Shown one piece after another: positions 11,606-24,964 of a DNA stretch of 64,000 nucleotides. The notes beneath the pieces are model-generated. The model was not told the DNA's origin, did not search any database, and was given only the letters and a program-made list of their open reading frames with translations. The stretch is from Octopus bimaculoides (Eukaryota). Position 1 is the first letter of the stretch. Each line of letters starts with the position of its first letter. Made by a program: the position numbers and the translations under genes. The stretch is from NCBI RefSeq assembly GCF_001194135.2, contig NC_068981.1:115838802-115902801 (forward strand), read 5' to 3'.

Positions 11606-12496
11606 NNNNNNNNNNNNNNNNNNNNNNNNNNNNNNNNNNNNNNNNNNNNNNNNNNNNNNNNNNNNNNNNNNNNNNNNNNNNNNNNNNNNNNNNNNNNNNN
11701 NNNNNNNNNNNNNNNNNNNNNNNNNNNNNNNNNNNNNNNNNNNNNNNNNNNNNNNNNNNNNNNNNNNNNNNNNNNNNNNNNNNNNNNNNNNNNNNNNNNN
11801 NNNNNNNNNNNNNNNNNNNNNNNNNNNNNNNNNNNNNNNNNNNNNNNNNNNNNNNNNNNNNNNNNNNNNNNNNNNNNNNNNNNNNNNNNNNNNNNNNNNN
11901 NNNNNNNNNNNNNNNNNNNNNNNNNNNNNNNNNNNNNNNNNNNNNNNNNNNNNNNNNNNNNNNNNNNNNNNNNNNNNNNNNNNNNNNNNNNNNNNNNNNN
12001 NNNNNNNNNNNNNNNNNNNNNNNNNNNNNNNNNNNNNNNNNNNNNNNNNNNNNNNNNNNNNNNNNNNNNNNNNNNNNNNNNNNNNNNNNNNNNNNNNNNN
12101 NNNNNNNNNNNNNNNNNNNNNNNNNNNNNNNNNNNNNNNNNNNNNNNNNNNNNNNNNNNNNNNNNNNNNNNNNNNNNNNNNNNNNNNNNNNNNNNNNNNN
12201 NNNNNNNNNNNNNNNNNNNNNNNNNNNNNNNNNNNNNNNNNNNNNNNNNNNNNNNNNNNNNNNNNNNNAAAAAAGAAAAGAAAAATGTGCCAGCGATAGA
12301 TCGGGGCTTGTGGGGTCGGAGCGTGGCCTGATCATCGCTTCATTTGTGTTGTCTAACGTACTGTTAATATCATTCGATTTTTTATATTTTATATAATTTT
12401 TAAAGTCATATTTTATGTAAACCATTCGCATTACTGATCCCAATCAGTTGTTTTGTACCATTCTATTTTTAGCCCCCCGTGGGCAATAAAGAAATT

Positions 12497-12660
12497 GGTA
12501 TTTTGTCTGTCTTTACATTCTGAGTTCAAATTCCGCCGAGGTCGACTTTGCCTTTGATTCTTTCGAGGTCGATAAATTAAGCACCAGTTACGTACTGGGG
12601 TCGATCTAATCGACTGGTCCCCTCCAAAATTTCGGGCCTTGCGTCTAGAGTAGAATAGAT
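12497..12660 (+). mobile_element. SINE family A, 3' part (B box and body), continuation of 7968-8030
   Basis: GGTATTTTGTCTGTCTTTACATTCTGAGTTCAAATTCCGCCGAGGTCGACTTTGCC... Confidence 0.9.
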
Positions 12661-12754
12661 TATAAATTTCCTTGTAATGTTTAGCTTAGAATTATAACAT
12701 TGTTTAGTCCATTAAAGTTTCAATACCTACTCAGCCTCATTAGCTGAACGAAAT

Positions 12755-12962
12755 TATAATAAATCTTTCTATTAAGGGTACAAGGTTTGAAATTTTCGCA
12801 AGAGGGAATAGTTAATTACATCGACCCCAGTAGCTGACAGGTAATTATTTTATTGACCGTGAAAGGATGAAAGGCACGTCTGACCTCGGCGGAATTTGAC
12901 CTCAGAACGGTCGCTAAGTATTGTGCTAGACGTGCTAACGATTCTGCTAGCTTGCTGTCTTA
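12755..12962 (-). mobile_element. SINE family A
   Basis: Reverse complement of head, B box and body; small internal deletion. Confidence 0.8.
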
Positions 12963-13278
12963 TAGTTATACTATTTTTTTTTTCACTTCGTTTTGTGGTA
13001 TGTAATTAAAGATAGTCACACCAATGTAATTAATAAAATCATCATCGATAAATTTATACTGAACTTTAACAATGAAATATATGTATATGTTATTTGAGAC
13101 ATTCTGTTGCATTTATGCAAATGTACATATAGTATTATAGGTGTATGGTTTGTGTGTACATATGCATGTCTATAAACCTATATTTATAAACGTGCGCATA
13201 CACATACATGTATGTGTGTATGCACTTCTTCAAACGTATATTTAAAAATATACGCATATACATAGGCATACATTTATA

Positions 13279-13334
<56 letters not shown>

Positions 13335-14221
13335 GCGCGTTTTGTTTCAGTACTATAATTTGTTTAATATCCTTCACTGCAGATCTGACTTCTATAGGCC
13401 ATGAATCAAATTATTCTACCATTTATGGAGATTAATTTCTTATTTCGCCTTTAGTTTCTCAGCGAAAGACTTCTGAATCGGATTAAATATCACTCATAGA
13501 TAATAAAGCCAATTCCTACGAACACAGTGTAGGAAGTGAAGTGGAGCATGGTTATATACAATAAGAACACCTACATACAATAAGACACTGATAAAAAAAA
13601 AACTAAGAATACTACACGCATACAAACACACACATGCACACACATGCACACACACACACACACATACATACCATACAGACACAGCATGTGAGGAAAAAAG
13701 TGAATTTAAGAAAAATGTGAAACAAAGTGCTGAGACATATATAGTAATGAATGGAAGAATAAGTAGAGAAGAACATATGTACATTAAATATCGTTTAGTG
13801 AACGATGAGTAACGACAATACCGATAGCTATAGTAATGATAACTATATATATATATGTCAAATAATAATTTATGATTGTGTTGACGGCTACGAATACGTT
13901 GATGATGGAGATGGATAACGATAACAATGATTCTAAATTTACCACAAAGCACAAATTTTAAGTCAAAGACTTAAATCGATTCATGGGACCCAGCGGTTAC
14001 TATACTAATTTTATTGAACACAGAGAGGTTTGAACTGAGTTTTTAAACAAATGCAGTTAGATATGGGATGAAGAAGACATAACCGATTCCAGCATTCCTC
14101 ACTAATACAACGAATGATTTCCAACATAAGCATTATGCTTATGAACGCAAAGAGACTGAACACATGGCGCAAGACAATTTAATTTACGATCTAATCTTAC
14201 AAGTGCGTTGTATTGAAACAA

Positions 14222-14443
14222 TAATAATCCTTTCTACTAAAGGACAAGGCCTGAAATTTTGTGGGGAGAGGACTAGTCGATTATATCGACACTAGTGGTT
14301 CACTGGTGCTTAATTTATCGACTCCGAAAGGATAAAAAGCAAAGTCAAACTCAGCCGAATTTGAACTCAGAACGTAAAGACGGACGAAATGCCGCTAAGT
14401 ATTTTGCCTGGCGTGGTAACAATTCTGTCAGCTTGCCGCCTTA
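14222..14443 (-). mobile_element. SINE family A, intact copy showing the uninterrupted junction
   Basis: Minus strand reads ...TTAGCGGCATTTCGTCCGTCTTTACGTTCTGAGTTCAAATTC... Confidence 0.88.
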
Positions 14444-14689
14444 ATAACTATAATAATGATAATGATGATAATAATAATAATGATGATGATGATGATGATG
14501 ATGATGGGTCTCGTTAAGCATAAAGGGTTTTAAAACATTGTGGATGGTGCAGGATAGTACAAAAAAAAATGTAAACAATAAAATAACAAAAATAAAGCAA
14601 CGAAAAATTCAATAGTTTTCCAAAAAGAAGGAGACTTCAAAGAGTCACTCACAAAATCATGATCAATCAGATCGCTAGGGCAAGCTGTC

Positions 14690-15140
14690 ATCAGGTTTTA
14701 TTCTTAGACAACAAGCTCATGTTAAACGCAGGCCAGTTCACTCGAGCCATCCTCACCACTTTCATTCACCGTTCAACAAGTTTGTCGGAGGCAGCAATTC
14801 CACTTCCATCTTAATTTACCGTTTCGAGTGGAAATTGCAAACATTGAAGGGAACATGGTCAAAGCGATTCAGCGATTTTAGTCTAGTTAACCAGACAACA
14901 GTTGGTAACAAGTCGACATCACTCGGCCACAGCGAGTTCGTAGAGAACATCTTGTTGCTCTGCATACATGTCGAGCAGGCCTGAACGACGGCACTTACAT
15001 GCCTCTAGTTTACACCAAACTATATATGCCTATCGGAAGCACTATCGGGTCAGAGATTTCTCGAAATTATTCTCGAAGTTGAAATTGCCTGACCAGATGC
15101 ATAGTGTTCCACTCGTCAGATGTCTAAATTATCACAGAGC
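14690..15140 (-). mobile_element. Decayed 3' fragment of a Tx1/L1-type LINE (ORF2 C-terminus)
   Basis: Minus strand gives VWLTRLKSL and ATGGCTCGAGTGAACTGGCCTG, closely matching ATGGCCCGAGTGAACAGGCCTG at about 51985. Confidence 0.6.
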
Positions 15141-15264
15141 AGAGTGGAAGGAAGTGCTTTGCTCAAGACGATGCACTGTCAGGTCTGGAAATCGATACTT
15201 TGATCTTGCGATCGTAAGTGCAACACCCTGACCTCTCACACACACGTACACACAAATACATATA

Positions 15265-15308
<44 letters not shown>

Positions 15309-16179
15309 AAGAAAGAAGGAGAGTGTCAGAGTCAATAGATTGAAAGAGGGGGATAAGGAGATACATGTTTGTGCATTAAAGAAAAAGTGAAAGTAGACAA
15401 TGCAAATAAATTCAGTATTTATTGTCATTTCTGTGGAATTAGAAATTTGAGGAGGCGTAGAAATCTTATTGAAGTGCAGTTAAGACCAGGTAATTTTAGA
15501 GATGTCAATGCAACAAAAGTGCACCCACTGCTCATATACCTGTGGCTTTGCATTGATGGTAAATTCAATATCTTCAATAAAAATAGTTCCATAAATAAAC
15601 GATCAACATTAAAGTTTAAATACTGCCACGAAAATATCCTCATTCTTTAAATCTCAATACGACAAGCGAATCAGACAGAATTAGCAAAAAGTAAATAGTT
15701 GAAGAAATGGATGTCTATAAATCACCATGCCGTCATGTCGTACACAAGACTAACCGGATTAACAGGTGTGAGTATAAATACACAAAAATATACAGACTTG
15801 TATGTATGTATGTATGTATATGTACGCACACGGGCGCGCGCATACAGACACTCCCCCCCACACATATGTCTACTAAATGGTTATGAGCTACTAATAGCTT
15901 CATATACTGAATATATTATCTAGGGCGGGTTTAAAACAACTAGAAATCAGGACAACAGAATAAGAGAAATTACGAGAAAAAAAAAAAAAGGAAATGAAAG
16001 TGGGTTCAAACAGTGGAATTACAAGAAAAGGGAAAAATAAAGGAAAAAGAAAAATTAGAATTAGAGTTATGTCCCCTGTGACCGTAGAGTTATAAGGCTA
16101 GATGGTGTAGAATCGACGGAAAGGGCTTAAAGTCTGCGATGCAGCTGTTCAGTAGGCACACGCACATATGTATTTTAGT

Positions 16180-16180
16180 T

Positions 16181-16238
<58 letters not shown>

Positions 16239-16265
16239 CCTACCTATCTATCTATCTATCTATCT
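16180..16265. repeat. (TATC)n microsatellite
   Basis: Direct reading. Confidence 0.95.
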
Positions 16266-16309
16266 ACGGTGGTGCAGATGCACACTTATTACATATCCGT
16301 ACACAACAG

Positions 16310-16500
16310 CACGCTAAGTTCGGGTGACGTGTTGTGTCCTTGAGGAAGGCAGTTCCTTTCACGTTGTTCCAGCACACTCAAACAAAAATGAGTACAGACG
16401 ACAGCTAATGGGGTCAAGCCATAGTGGGGGTGGGGGGATTGGCATCCTGTTCGGAGCAGAGCCTTTCACCCCTCGTTACATAAACGGAAACTGAGGTAAC
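16310..16500 (+). mobile_element. SINE fragment with CORE-like central domain
   Basis: GTTGTGTCCTTGAGGAAGGCAGTTCCTTTCACGTTGTTCCAGCACACTCA resembles the CORE-type TGTCCTTGAGCAAGGCAC segment. Confidence 0.45.
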
Positions 16501-16660
16501 CTCCAGCGTAATGGATATGTAAGGTCAAGATAGACTTTAACTTTGTACGGAGAGAAAGGTATACATAAATACATATATGTATTTATATATGTCTATATGT
16601 ACGTACATACGTCCGTACATACATACATACACACATACATGCATGCATGCATACATACAT

Positions 16661-18920
16661 AGATATGAGAAGTAAAAAGAGGACACTCCCTTGCAAACTG
16701 ATTATCCTCAAGCAGGAGCTAAAAGATATCAGTGAGAAACTCCGACATCAGAAAAGAATAACCGAGAGAAAAACAATAAACAAAAATTCAACTAGAACCA
16801 AGCAGAGACATCAGAGGTAACATCAGAGGAGACATACAGAGACATTAGAGGAGAAGCAATGAACATCACAGAACCATCTTCTCGAAAAGACACACTTCTG
16901 GAGGAAAAGCTGGATCAAAGAGAAGTAGTTTAATCAAGATGCTCTGCGGTTGCAAAAAATTCGAAGAAGTTATTGTCCATGCATTACCCCAAGACACATA
17001 GCATTGATGGTGATACCTTTATAACTGCGATCCAGAAACTTCAGGATAGAAAAACACCTGGAAGAGACTTGATTGTTAGATATTAGTTCAAGAAGCTAAC
17101 TTCCTACCGACCATATCTTATGAACCTGTACCAGGAAGCTCTCAATGGAAATAGTAGCATATCACACTGTTTCCCAAATGCAGAACTACCATCATGGCAA
17201 AAAAACTACCGGCTAATTGCATGCCAAAACCCTAGTGTATAAGATATATACAACATGTTTAAACCTCCTCCTCCAAGACCATTGTGAAAGCGATAGCATT
17301 ATTACAACAGAACACGCAGCCGGGAAGAATGGAGTCTGGGTATGTGCCGAGAAATTGTTAATAAACAAAATGTAATGTCAAAGATGCGGTGGAATAGAAA
17401 GAACCTAGTTTCAATGTGGCTAGACTACAAGAAAGCCTTTGACTCTCTTCTAAACTCATGGATGCTAGAAGCCCTTCAGTTTACTAAAGTTCCAGTGAAC
17501 ATAGTTAAAGCCATAGCTAACTTGACTTCATCGTGGGCCACCACCTTGAAATTAAACACAAAGAGTGACTGTATTATCACTGATAGTATACAGTGTCACA
17601 GAGGCATATTCCAAGAGGACAGCCCCTCTGTGATGTTGTTTGTACTTTCTGTAAACTCCTTGTCATTCATGTAAGGAAGTCTGAAAGATATCTCACTGGT
17701 TCACATGGGAACAGAAATACCATGGCCGCAGTTAAATGACTGAAAAATTAAAAGAGTAAAAGAGTAATGGCACTTGTAACAAAATAAGCGCCACTAAAGA
17801 ATATTACAGTCGAATAAAGAAAATTTGGAGCTTTCTGCATTAGAAAAAACAAAAAAACTACATCTCACAATTTGTTTGCAGTACCAGTACTTATACCAAC
17901 ATTTGGGTTGCTTGAATTGATGCTTGATGAGATCCGAAGCTGAGACTTGGAAAGCAACTCCTTGAGAAGCATTCCTTGTCTGATAACTTTAAATACATGT
18001 CCAAATATGTCGTACGATTCTATTCAATGTATCATTAGTATGTGCGTATGTGCAATGTATCAATATGTGCGTATATTAGCAGACGACCATACATAGATAC
18101 GTAAGTAGAAAACTCCGAGATGATAGTAACATTGATCATCAAAGCAGTCTATCATAGACTAACAACTAGATTACAACCTCCCACTTTGATGGGGCATGCA
18201 TTTGCAATTTAGGAACAGGAAATATCAACCAAATACGTGATGCACAAAAAGGATATAGACTTTGTGGAGTTAACACCAGAGATATCACACACATCATAAG
18301 CAGTTGTCCAAAAATGTCATCACGGTATTATCTACCAGTGAGCAATGATGTTGTAACTAAGACACTGTGTAACGAGATCCGCCGAAAAGATAACTTCGAG
18401 GACAAAAAAATAAGAACCCACAATATGGTAGAAGCCATAGCCACTCATATCAAAAAGGAGTAGTGGTGGAATGTCCCAGTGAAAACCTCATATAAAATGT
18501 TAGCACAATAGTCCTGATATAATGATTTAGGATAGAGAATAGAAACTGTGTACAGTTGCGGAAATCAGCTGTCTAGCGGATGTTAACATAAAGGTGAAAA
18601 TCAGTGAAAAAGAGACTACTTACGCTGAACTATTGAGAAATCTGCAGTTATCCTATCCAGATTACGAGTTCACGTTTATACCTGTAATTATTGGAGCACT
18701 GAGATATGTAGCACACTGCCTAAATAGTAATTTTGAGAAATTAAGCTTCTCAAAACCAGAAGGGAGAAAGTTGATTTGAAGTCGACAGAACCAATTCATC
18801 ATTGGAACTGAAGAAATTTGTAAAACTTTCGAGTTTATCATTTAGTTATATATACCAGCATGTCAAGATATGCAAGTATATGTATCAGAAGACAGATAAA
18901 GCATACAAATCTGCACGTAT
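16661..18920 (+). mobile_element. RLE-type LINE, CATA-flanked family, copy A (5'-truncated, internally deleted)
   Basis: KTPGRDLI, KNYRLIAC, WLDYKKAFDS, RGIFQEDSPS, ISSCPKMS, EISCLADVN, YAELLRNLQ, PVIIGAL; CATA-rich tracts at 16601-16660 and 18918-18968. Confidence 0.88.
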
Positions 18921-18939
18921 ACATACATACATACATACA

Positions 18940-18970
<31 letters not shown>

Positions 18971-19649
18971 TTGTACTCACATACACGCACACATGAAAGT
19001 ATGCACGCACAAAACACAAACATATGTATGTATCAATATATAAGACTTATTCGAAACTGCAATTTCTGGACTTGCAATCTAAAATTTTTCCGTGTACATG
19101 CATTATAAATACACATGCACTCACACATACACACACTTACACACATTTACACACGTACACACTTATACGTGTGTGTGTATGTTTGTGTGTATGGATATGT
19201 ATGTATATGTGTCTACGTGTGTATATATATATATGTATATATATACGTGTATATATATATATGTATANNNNNNNNNNNNNNNNNNNNNNNNNNNNNNNNN
19301 NNNNNNNNNNNNNNNNNNNNNNNNNNNNNNNNNNNNNNNNNNNNNNNNNNNNNNNNNNNNNNNNNNNNNNNNNNNNNNNNNNNNNNNNNNNNNNNNNNNN
19401 NNNNNNNNNNNNNNNNNNNNNNNNNNNNNNNNNNNNNNNNNNNNNNNNNNNNNNNNNNNNNNNNNNNNNNNNNNNNNNNNNNNNNNNNNNNNNNNNNNNN
19501 NNNNNGATATACACATGTGTGTATATTTATGTGTGTGTGTGCTTAAATATATGTGTACGTTTGTGCGAGTATCATAATCGTTTTTCTTTTAACGTACCTA
19601 CTGGTAACTGTCAATTTTTTCTTCACAATAATTTATTCTTTCCTTTTTT

Positions 19650-19671
19650 TTCATTATTATTATTATTATCC

Positions 19672-19736
<65 letters not shown>

Positions 19737-20260
19737 GTTGTTGTTAATCATTCCCCTTTCCTTTCTTCTTTTGCACGCCTTTAATACAAAACACTCTCCG
19801 TTCTCACTTTTTCTCTTCAAAAATATTTCAGCATATGCCTTCTCTCGGAAATATTTAATAGCATTTTTGAGAAATAAACTGTCATCTGTATATTTCGCAT
19901 TTAAAAAGTGATCATGCTTATGATTAATACCAGGATCATAATCCATCATCACTATTTCTTCTTCTTCTTCTTCTTCTTCTTCTTCTTCTTCTTCTTCTTC
20001 TTCTTCTTCTTCTTCTTCTTCTTCTTCTTCTTCTTCTTCTTCTTCTTCTTCTTCTTCTTCTTCTTCTTCTTCTTCTACTTCTTCTTCTTCTTCTTCTTCT
20101 TGTTTCATTATTATTATTATTAATTTTAGTTATTATTATAATTATTAGTATTATTACGTTATTATTATTGTTGTTGTTGTTGTTGCTGTTATTATTATTA
20201 TTATTATTATTATTATAATTATTATTATTATTATTATTGATGTTGGTATTATTATTATCG
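19650..20260. repeat. Trinucleotide cluster: (TTA)n, about 48-unit (CTT)n at 19956-20101, (ATT/GTT)n
   Basis: Direct reading; explains the poly-E/poly-N ORF 19623-20108. Confidence 0.95.
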
Positions 20261-22279
20261 AAAATATAAAAGAAAATTGCTTGTGAAAGACCGTCTTAAT
20301 AACGTCAGTAAAATATACCTTTACAGTCAACATCACCCCACACCACATCACATCACTCCGACACCACCACCCTACCACCAACGCCATCACCAATACATCT
20401 TCTGATCCAAGTAGTTTCATTACTAAAGGGCTTTAACCAGCAATTGTTTAGGTAGTGTTAACACCGACAGCCTTACTAAAGCATTTTAAATCGAATTACG
20501 TCTTCGCAATTGAAGACAAAGGGTGAGAGACTATCAGCCGAATTATCTTTTGTCTTCACGTCTCTGATTCTCGATTCCAAGTGGTTTCTTTTCATACATA
20601 CAATTCACAGAAAATGTTGCAAACCTTGCCTTTCAGAGTACTCATATTTTTCTTTGTTTTTATATATATTTTTCAAATTTTCGAAAAATAGCCTTAAGTA
20701 ATTAATTCGTATCATTTTAATTATATTCTAAACAACAGATGAGAAATTCTTCAAAATTCAGGAATGAGAAATAAAAAAGAAATGTATACAAAAATGAATT
20801 GGACATTTAAATGGACTATAAAATGATTTAGGAGAGAAAAGTTAATAAAACAGTTTTAAAATACTTTTATCTCAGATATTTGTGCAGTTTCTTTCCATTC
20901 CACTCAACCCACTGTTGGTTTTGATTCTGAATAAGTAAATTTTGATCGTGTTTGTTCGATAAACAAAATGAGTAAATTAGTGAAATTTAGAATAAAACAC
21001 ACTCACACTAGCATACAAATGCACATATACACATGTATACACGCATACACAATCAAACACACACTCATACGTATGGATGCGTAATCAAACATAAGATTCT
21101 TAATAAATATGAAATTATTTTTTCCTTGTCTACAAGTAATTATTTAATTGATTATTGACAAGATCATCAATGTTTATTAAATATTCCTATTAGACACTTT
21201 ATCGCGTACCTTACTGATTCTTGTCAATGAATTAAAAATATTTGTAATATTTAGTAATTCAATAATATTTACATTCAAAGTGATGGTTAATTACATCGAA
21301 AGCAAATTCCCTTTTTTTCCCCCAACTATTGAGTGTATAGAGTTAACACTTTCTGCTTGAATGCAAATCAGGTTTAAGTGTCTGCTCTTCCTAAATTTTG
21401 TAAGATTTTAACTACTCATCCAAAATATTTCCATTCCTTAATTTTCTAAGGAAATACACCAAACGTGTAAGAGGCTAAACTAACGGATGAAAATATCATT
21501 TCTGAAATAAGGATCTGTGTCTAGAACCTTACCATGGCCATCTCAATTCGATGAAACCCTTATAATTAATTTTTCCTCCTGAACAGCTTTAAGCTGAGGA
21601 TGGTTTAGGGACCTATGTCCATGGAGCCAGTATTTTTTTATCAAGTACATTATAGAAGTTGTTAGAATATTAATTTAAATAGAAAATATCTTGGTACGAT
21701 TTCATATCATTCGTACCCCTTATGTCAGAGAAGGAGTTTCCCCTTTTCGTTACACTACGGCATCAAAAATTCGAGGCTATGTCGTATTCAAGAATCGACA
21801 AAATACAGTTGACTCAATACTAGAATGCTGTTTCGAATCATGCTGGAGATACTTTACTAGGCTGATGAGTCAAGTCGAGTTGTGATATCAGGCCACTACT
21901 GTTTACGCCCACGAACCGTTGTAACTCGAAATGTATTATGCCACCGAAGTATTTTATCGCTGATAATAACTGAGTAAATGTAATATGAGTGTTGTAATGA
22001 TAATTTGTCTGTATAACTATTCTATTTAGCTGTTAATGAAAAGGAAATGTTTTACTCAACTGGTCACTCGATTGTTACATACCAGTGTCTTTTGGAAGGA
22101 AAGCGTATCAGGAAAGTCTGAGTAAGGTGTAGGGAAAACGAAAGCATTGTGAGAAAAGCAGTAGGGGGAAAATGTGGGTAAAAAACAGAACAAAGAGCAA
22201 AGAAAAGAAACCAAAACAGAATATTATACTTTCGTTTATGGCATCTATCAGAACAGTGGGTTATAGAAATATATCCATC

Positions 22280-22778
22280 GATACACTGGGAAATGTTCAG
22301 CGAGAGTTATATCAAAATTTCCCGACTAAAGGGAAAATGAGGTGACAATACAAAAGTTTTTGACAGAAATGATTAGAATTGCGCTTATTTATAAGCAACA
22401 TCAGTTACGAAAGACTATGTATCTGCTGATTTTAAACTTAAGTGTAAAATATATTTCAGTAGGAGATCATTATCGTTTGCCCACAAATGCAGTGCTTCGC
22501 TACATGACTATTTTGGGTTTTACTAACCCCAGTGCTTCCAATATAATTTCCATTTTCTACATCCGGTCTGGCTTGTTTTTTTTTTGTTTTTTTTTTACAC
22601 TGTGTACAATTTAATCCGGGTTACTTGATTAGAACATCCAGACTTATTAACTATGATATCAGATGTATCCTTCAGGAATTTGTTAGTGACTTTACTTAAA
22701 TTTTTTATATTAAAGAGCTTGTAAAACTTGGAACTATCAGAGATCTACCTTTGTAATAATGCTAAGCCTCTAGTTACG
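22280..22778 (-). mobile_element. Penelope-like element, GIY-YIG part (continuation of 23640-23930)
   Basis: Minus strand gives SKFYKLFNIKNL and GNYIGSTG (22531-22551). Confidence 0.6.
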
Positions 22779-22786
22779 AAATTCCG

Positions 22787-23631
22787 GGATCTAGTTCAAA
22801 ACAGGGGCGCCAGTATTTTCTTAACGAAACACTTTGAAACTTGGGACACTGGTAGAATGTGTCATATAAAACATCTTTTTCTCTTAGTCTTCTTAAGAAA
22901 AATTATTATATTGCAACTTATTTCATGTTAAAGTTGTCGTATTTCTGTAATTTCAACCAATGACTGACGTCCATTCAGCCGAATACAGTAAGTGCTGACT
23001 ACGTAAACAAACGATTCTCAAACGATTCTGGCGGTGATAAAATTATTATTTCCTTGTCAAAAAATGGCTGAAGCATATTGGCAGTAGGGTTAGGGTTAGG
23101 GTTAGGGTTAGGGTTAGGGTTAGGCAGTAGCTAATANNNNNNNNNNNNNNNNNNNNNNNNNNNNNNNNNNNNNNNNNNNNNNNNNNNNNNNNNNNNNNNN
23201 NNNNNNNNNNNNNNNNNNNNNNNNNNNNNNNNNNNNNNNNNNNNNNNNNNNNNNNNNNNNNNNNNNNNNNNNNNNNNNNNNNNNNNNNNNNNNNNNNNNN
23301 NNNNNNNNNNNNATATTAAAAATAAAACGAAGGAAAACGAACACACGTGTGTTGCCTCTCTGCAAAATGTCAGAAGTAATGGAGATTAAATACGCTTTAC
23401 ACCGCTTAAACTGCCAAAGGAATAACTGTAAACAGCTGAATACTTGTCAGTGATTGGTTGAAATTATCGAAATAAGACAATTTTTTTACATGAAATAACT
23501 TCGAATACAAAAATTTTTTTCTGTTCTATAACACAAAATAGATAAGTATACGAAGTTTGAAAGTCTTTCGGTACCAAAAACACTACATAAAACATAAATG
23601 AAAACTGGTGCCCCTGTTTTGAACTAGATCC
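22787..23631. mobile_element. Non-autonomous foldback DNA transposon (MITE) with long imperfect TIRs, 8-bp TSD and internal (TTAGGG)n
   Basis: Left GGATCTAGTTCAAAACAGGGGCGCCAGT versus reverse complement of right end GGATCTAGTTCAAAACAGGGGCACCAGT; similarity extends about 190 bp; AAATTCCG at 22779-22786 and 23632-23639; contains an N gap. Confidence 0.9.
23085..23124 (+). repeat. Interstitial telomere-type repeat, about 6.5 x TTAGGG
   Basis: TAGGGT x6 plus TAGG, bracketed by GGCAGTA on both sides. Confidence 0.95.
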
Positions 23632-23639
23632 AAATTCCG

Positions 23640-23930
23640 GTTACCATTCTTACTAAAAAACAAATCTATTTTGTACTCTCTGTTCTTCCTGAGTTTCTTG
23701 AGAACGTACTCGGTCAAGAAGTTGATCTTTATACTTAATACATTATTGTAAACATTGACAGTTTTGTTGAAAGTGATTTTATCTGAAAATGTGTTGCTCG
23801 TTAATAATACATTAGCTCTGCGTTAAGGTCTTAATATATACCAGTGCCTAGATCTAATAAAACATGCAGGAAATTAACTGTTCTAAGGCTGACTGTAACT
23901 GTAATCAGACTGATCCCCTTCAAAGAGGTG
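23640..23930 (-). mobile_element. Penelope-like element, RT C-terminal part
   Basis: Minus strand [24 protein letters not shown] resembles the Penelope RT VNFLDVTLDL motif. Confidence 0.7.
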
Positions 23931-23934
23931 TGTT

Positions 23935-24083
<149 letters not shown>

Positions 24084-24886
24084 GCGCGAGCTTTCACTGC
24101 TTATGTTTCTATAAACGTATGCAAAAACTGAAACTTCTTTGTAATGTTGCTGCTTGTGAAGTTAATGTAGTCTTGTTATTGTTATTCTGATAACTATTGT
24201 TATTATTGTTTTCAGATGAGTGTGGGTCTTGGCGGGTAATGTTGTGCTGTGCCCTTTATCATTTATATATTATTTATTTATTTACTTACATATGTATTTA
24301 TGCATTCATTTATTTATAGGTTTGTATATTTCTATGAAACTGACATAATACTCAAACATTATGATTGAAATGTTTGAACCGAATAGAGAACCCTATTGTT
24401 CGTAAAACATCTAGGATAGCCAGTACTATCTCTTAGGAATTTTTTTTTTAACATTTTCTCTACGAGGCTATTACATTCTTTCTTTTAAACAAAAATTCTC
24501 TTCTTTTCTTTCTTTCTCCATCTCTTTATCTTTTTTTGCTTATCCATGAATGTAATTCAGTCACTGGAAAATACCGAATCTTCTACAGAAATATTGTTGA
24601 AGCAATAAATGAATAAATAAATAAACAAATAACTTTAAAAATAGAGATGTAAAGAAAAAATATGAATATATGAGGTGATAAGAGCGCGAGTAAGTTTCCG
24701 TTATGAAAAGAATCTTTCTAGCCAGCCTGTTCTATCTTCTACATTCAATAGATAATCGTTTTCTAAGATTATTTTTTGTTTATTTTTAATATTTTTGCAA
24801 TTTTTCATTGCATTGTTATTAAATATATTTTTATTTTTCTATTACGCTACCACTATTTCTCAACAACTTCGTACATATCCATCCAT

Positions 24887-24922
<36 letters not shown>

Positions 24923-24964
24923 ATATATATATATATATATGTAAAAATATGTGACACTTATTCG

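Larger units (their letters stand above)
8031..12496 (+). mobile_element. Near-full-length Tx1/L1-type non-LTR retrotransposon, pseudogenised, with two assembly gaps
   Basis: ORF1 ending in a zinc knuckle, APE motifs, RT motifs and 3' UTR; flanked by an imperfect 12-bp duplication (8019-8030 AGTATTTCGTCT / 12497-12508 GGTATTTTGTCT). Confidence 0.88.

Noticed and set aside
11172-12443. Long ORFs of 262-375 aa
   Set aside because: Length comes from the N gap; only the first part of 11172-12299 is real (LINE ORF2).
19623-20108. 161-aa poly-Glu/poly-Asn ORF
   Set aside because: Translation of (CTT)n and (TTA)n microsatellites.
21590-21650. CTGAGGA...hammerhead-like string
   Set aside because: GAAA and stem I are not recoverable.
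23085-23124. Possible chromosome end or fusion site
   Set aside because: Only about 6 units, lying inside a TIR element with a TSD.
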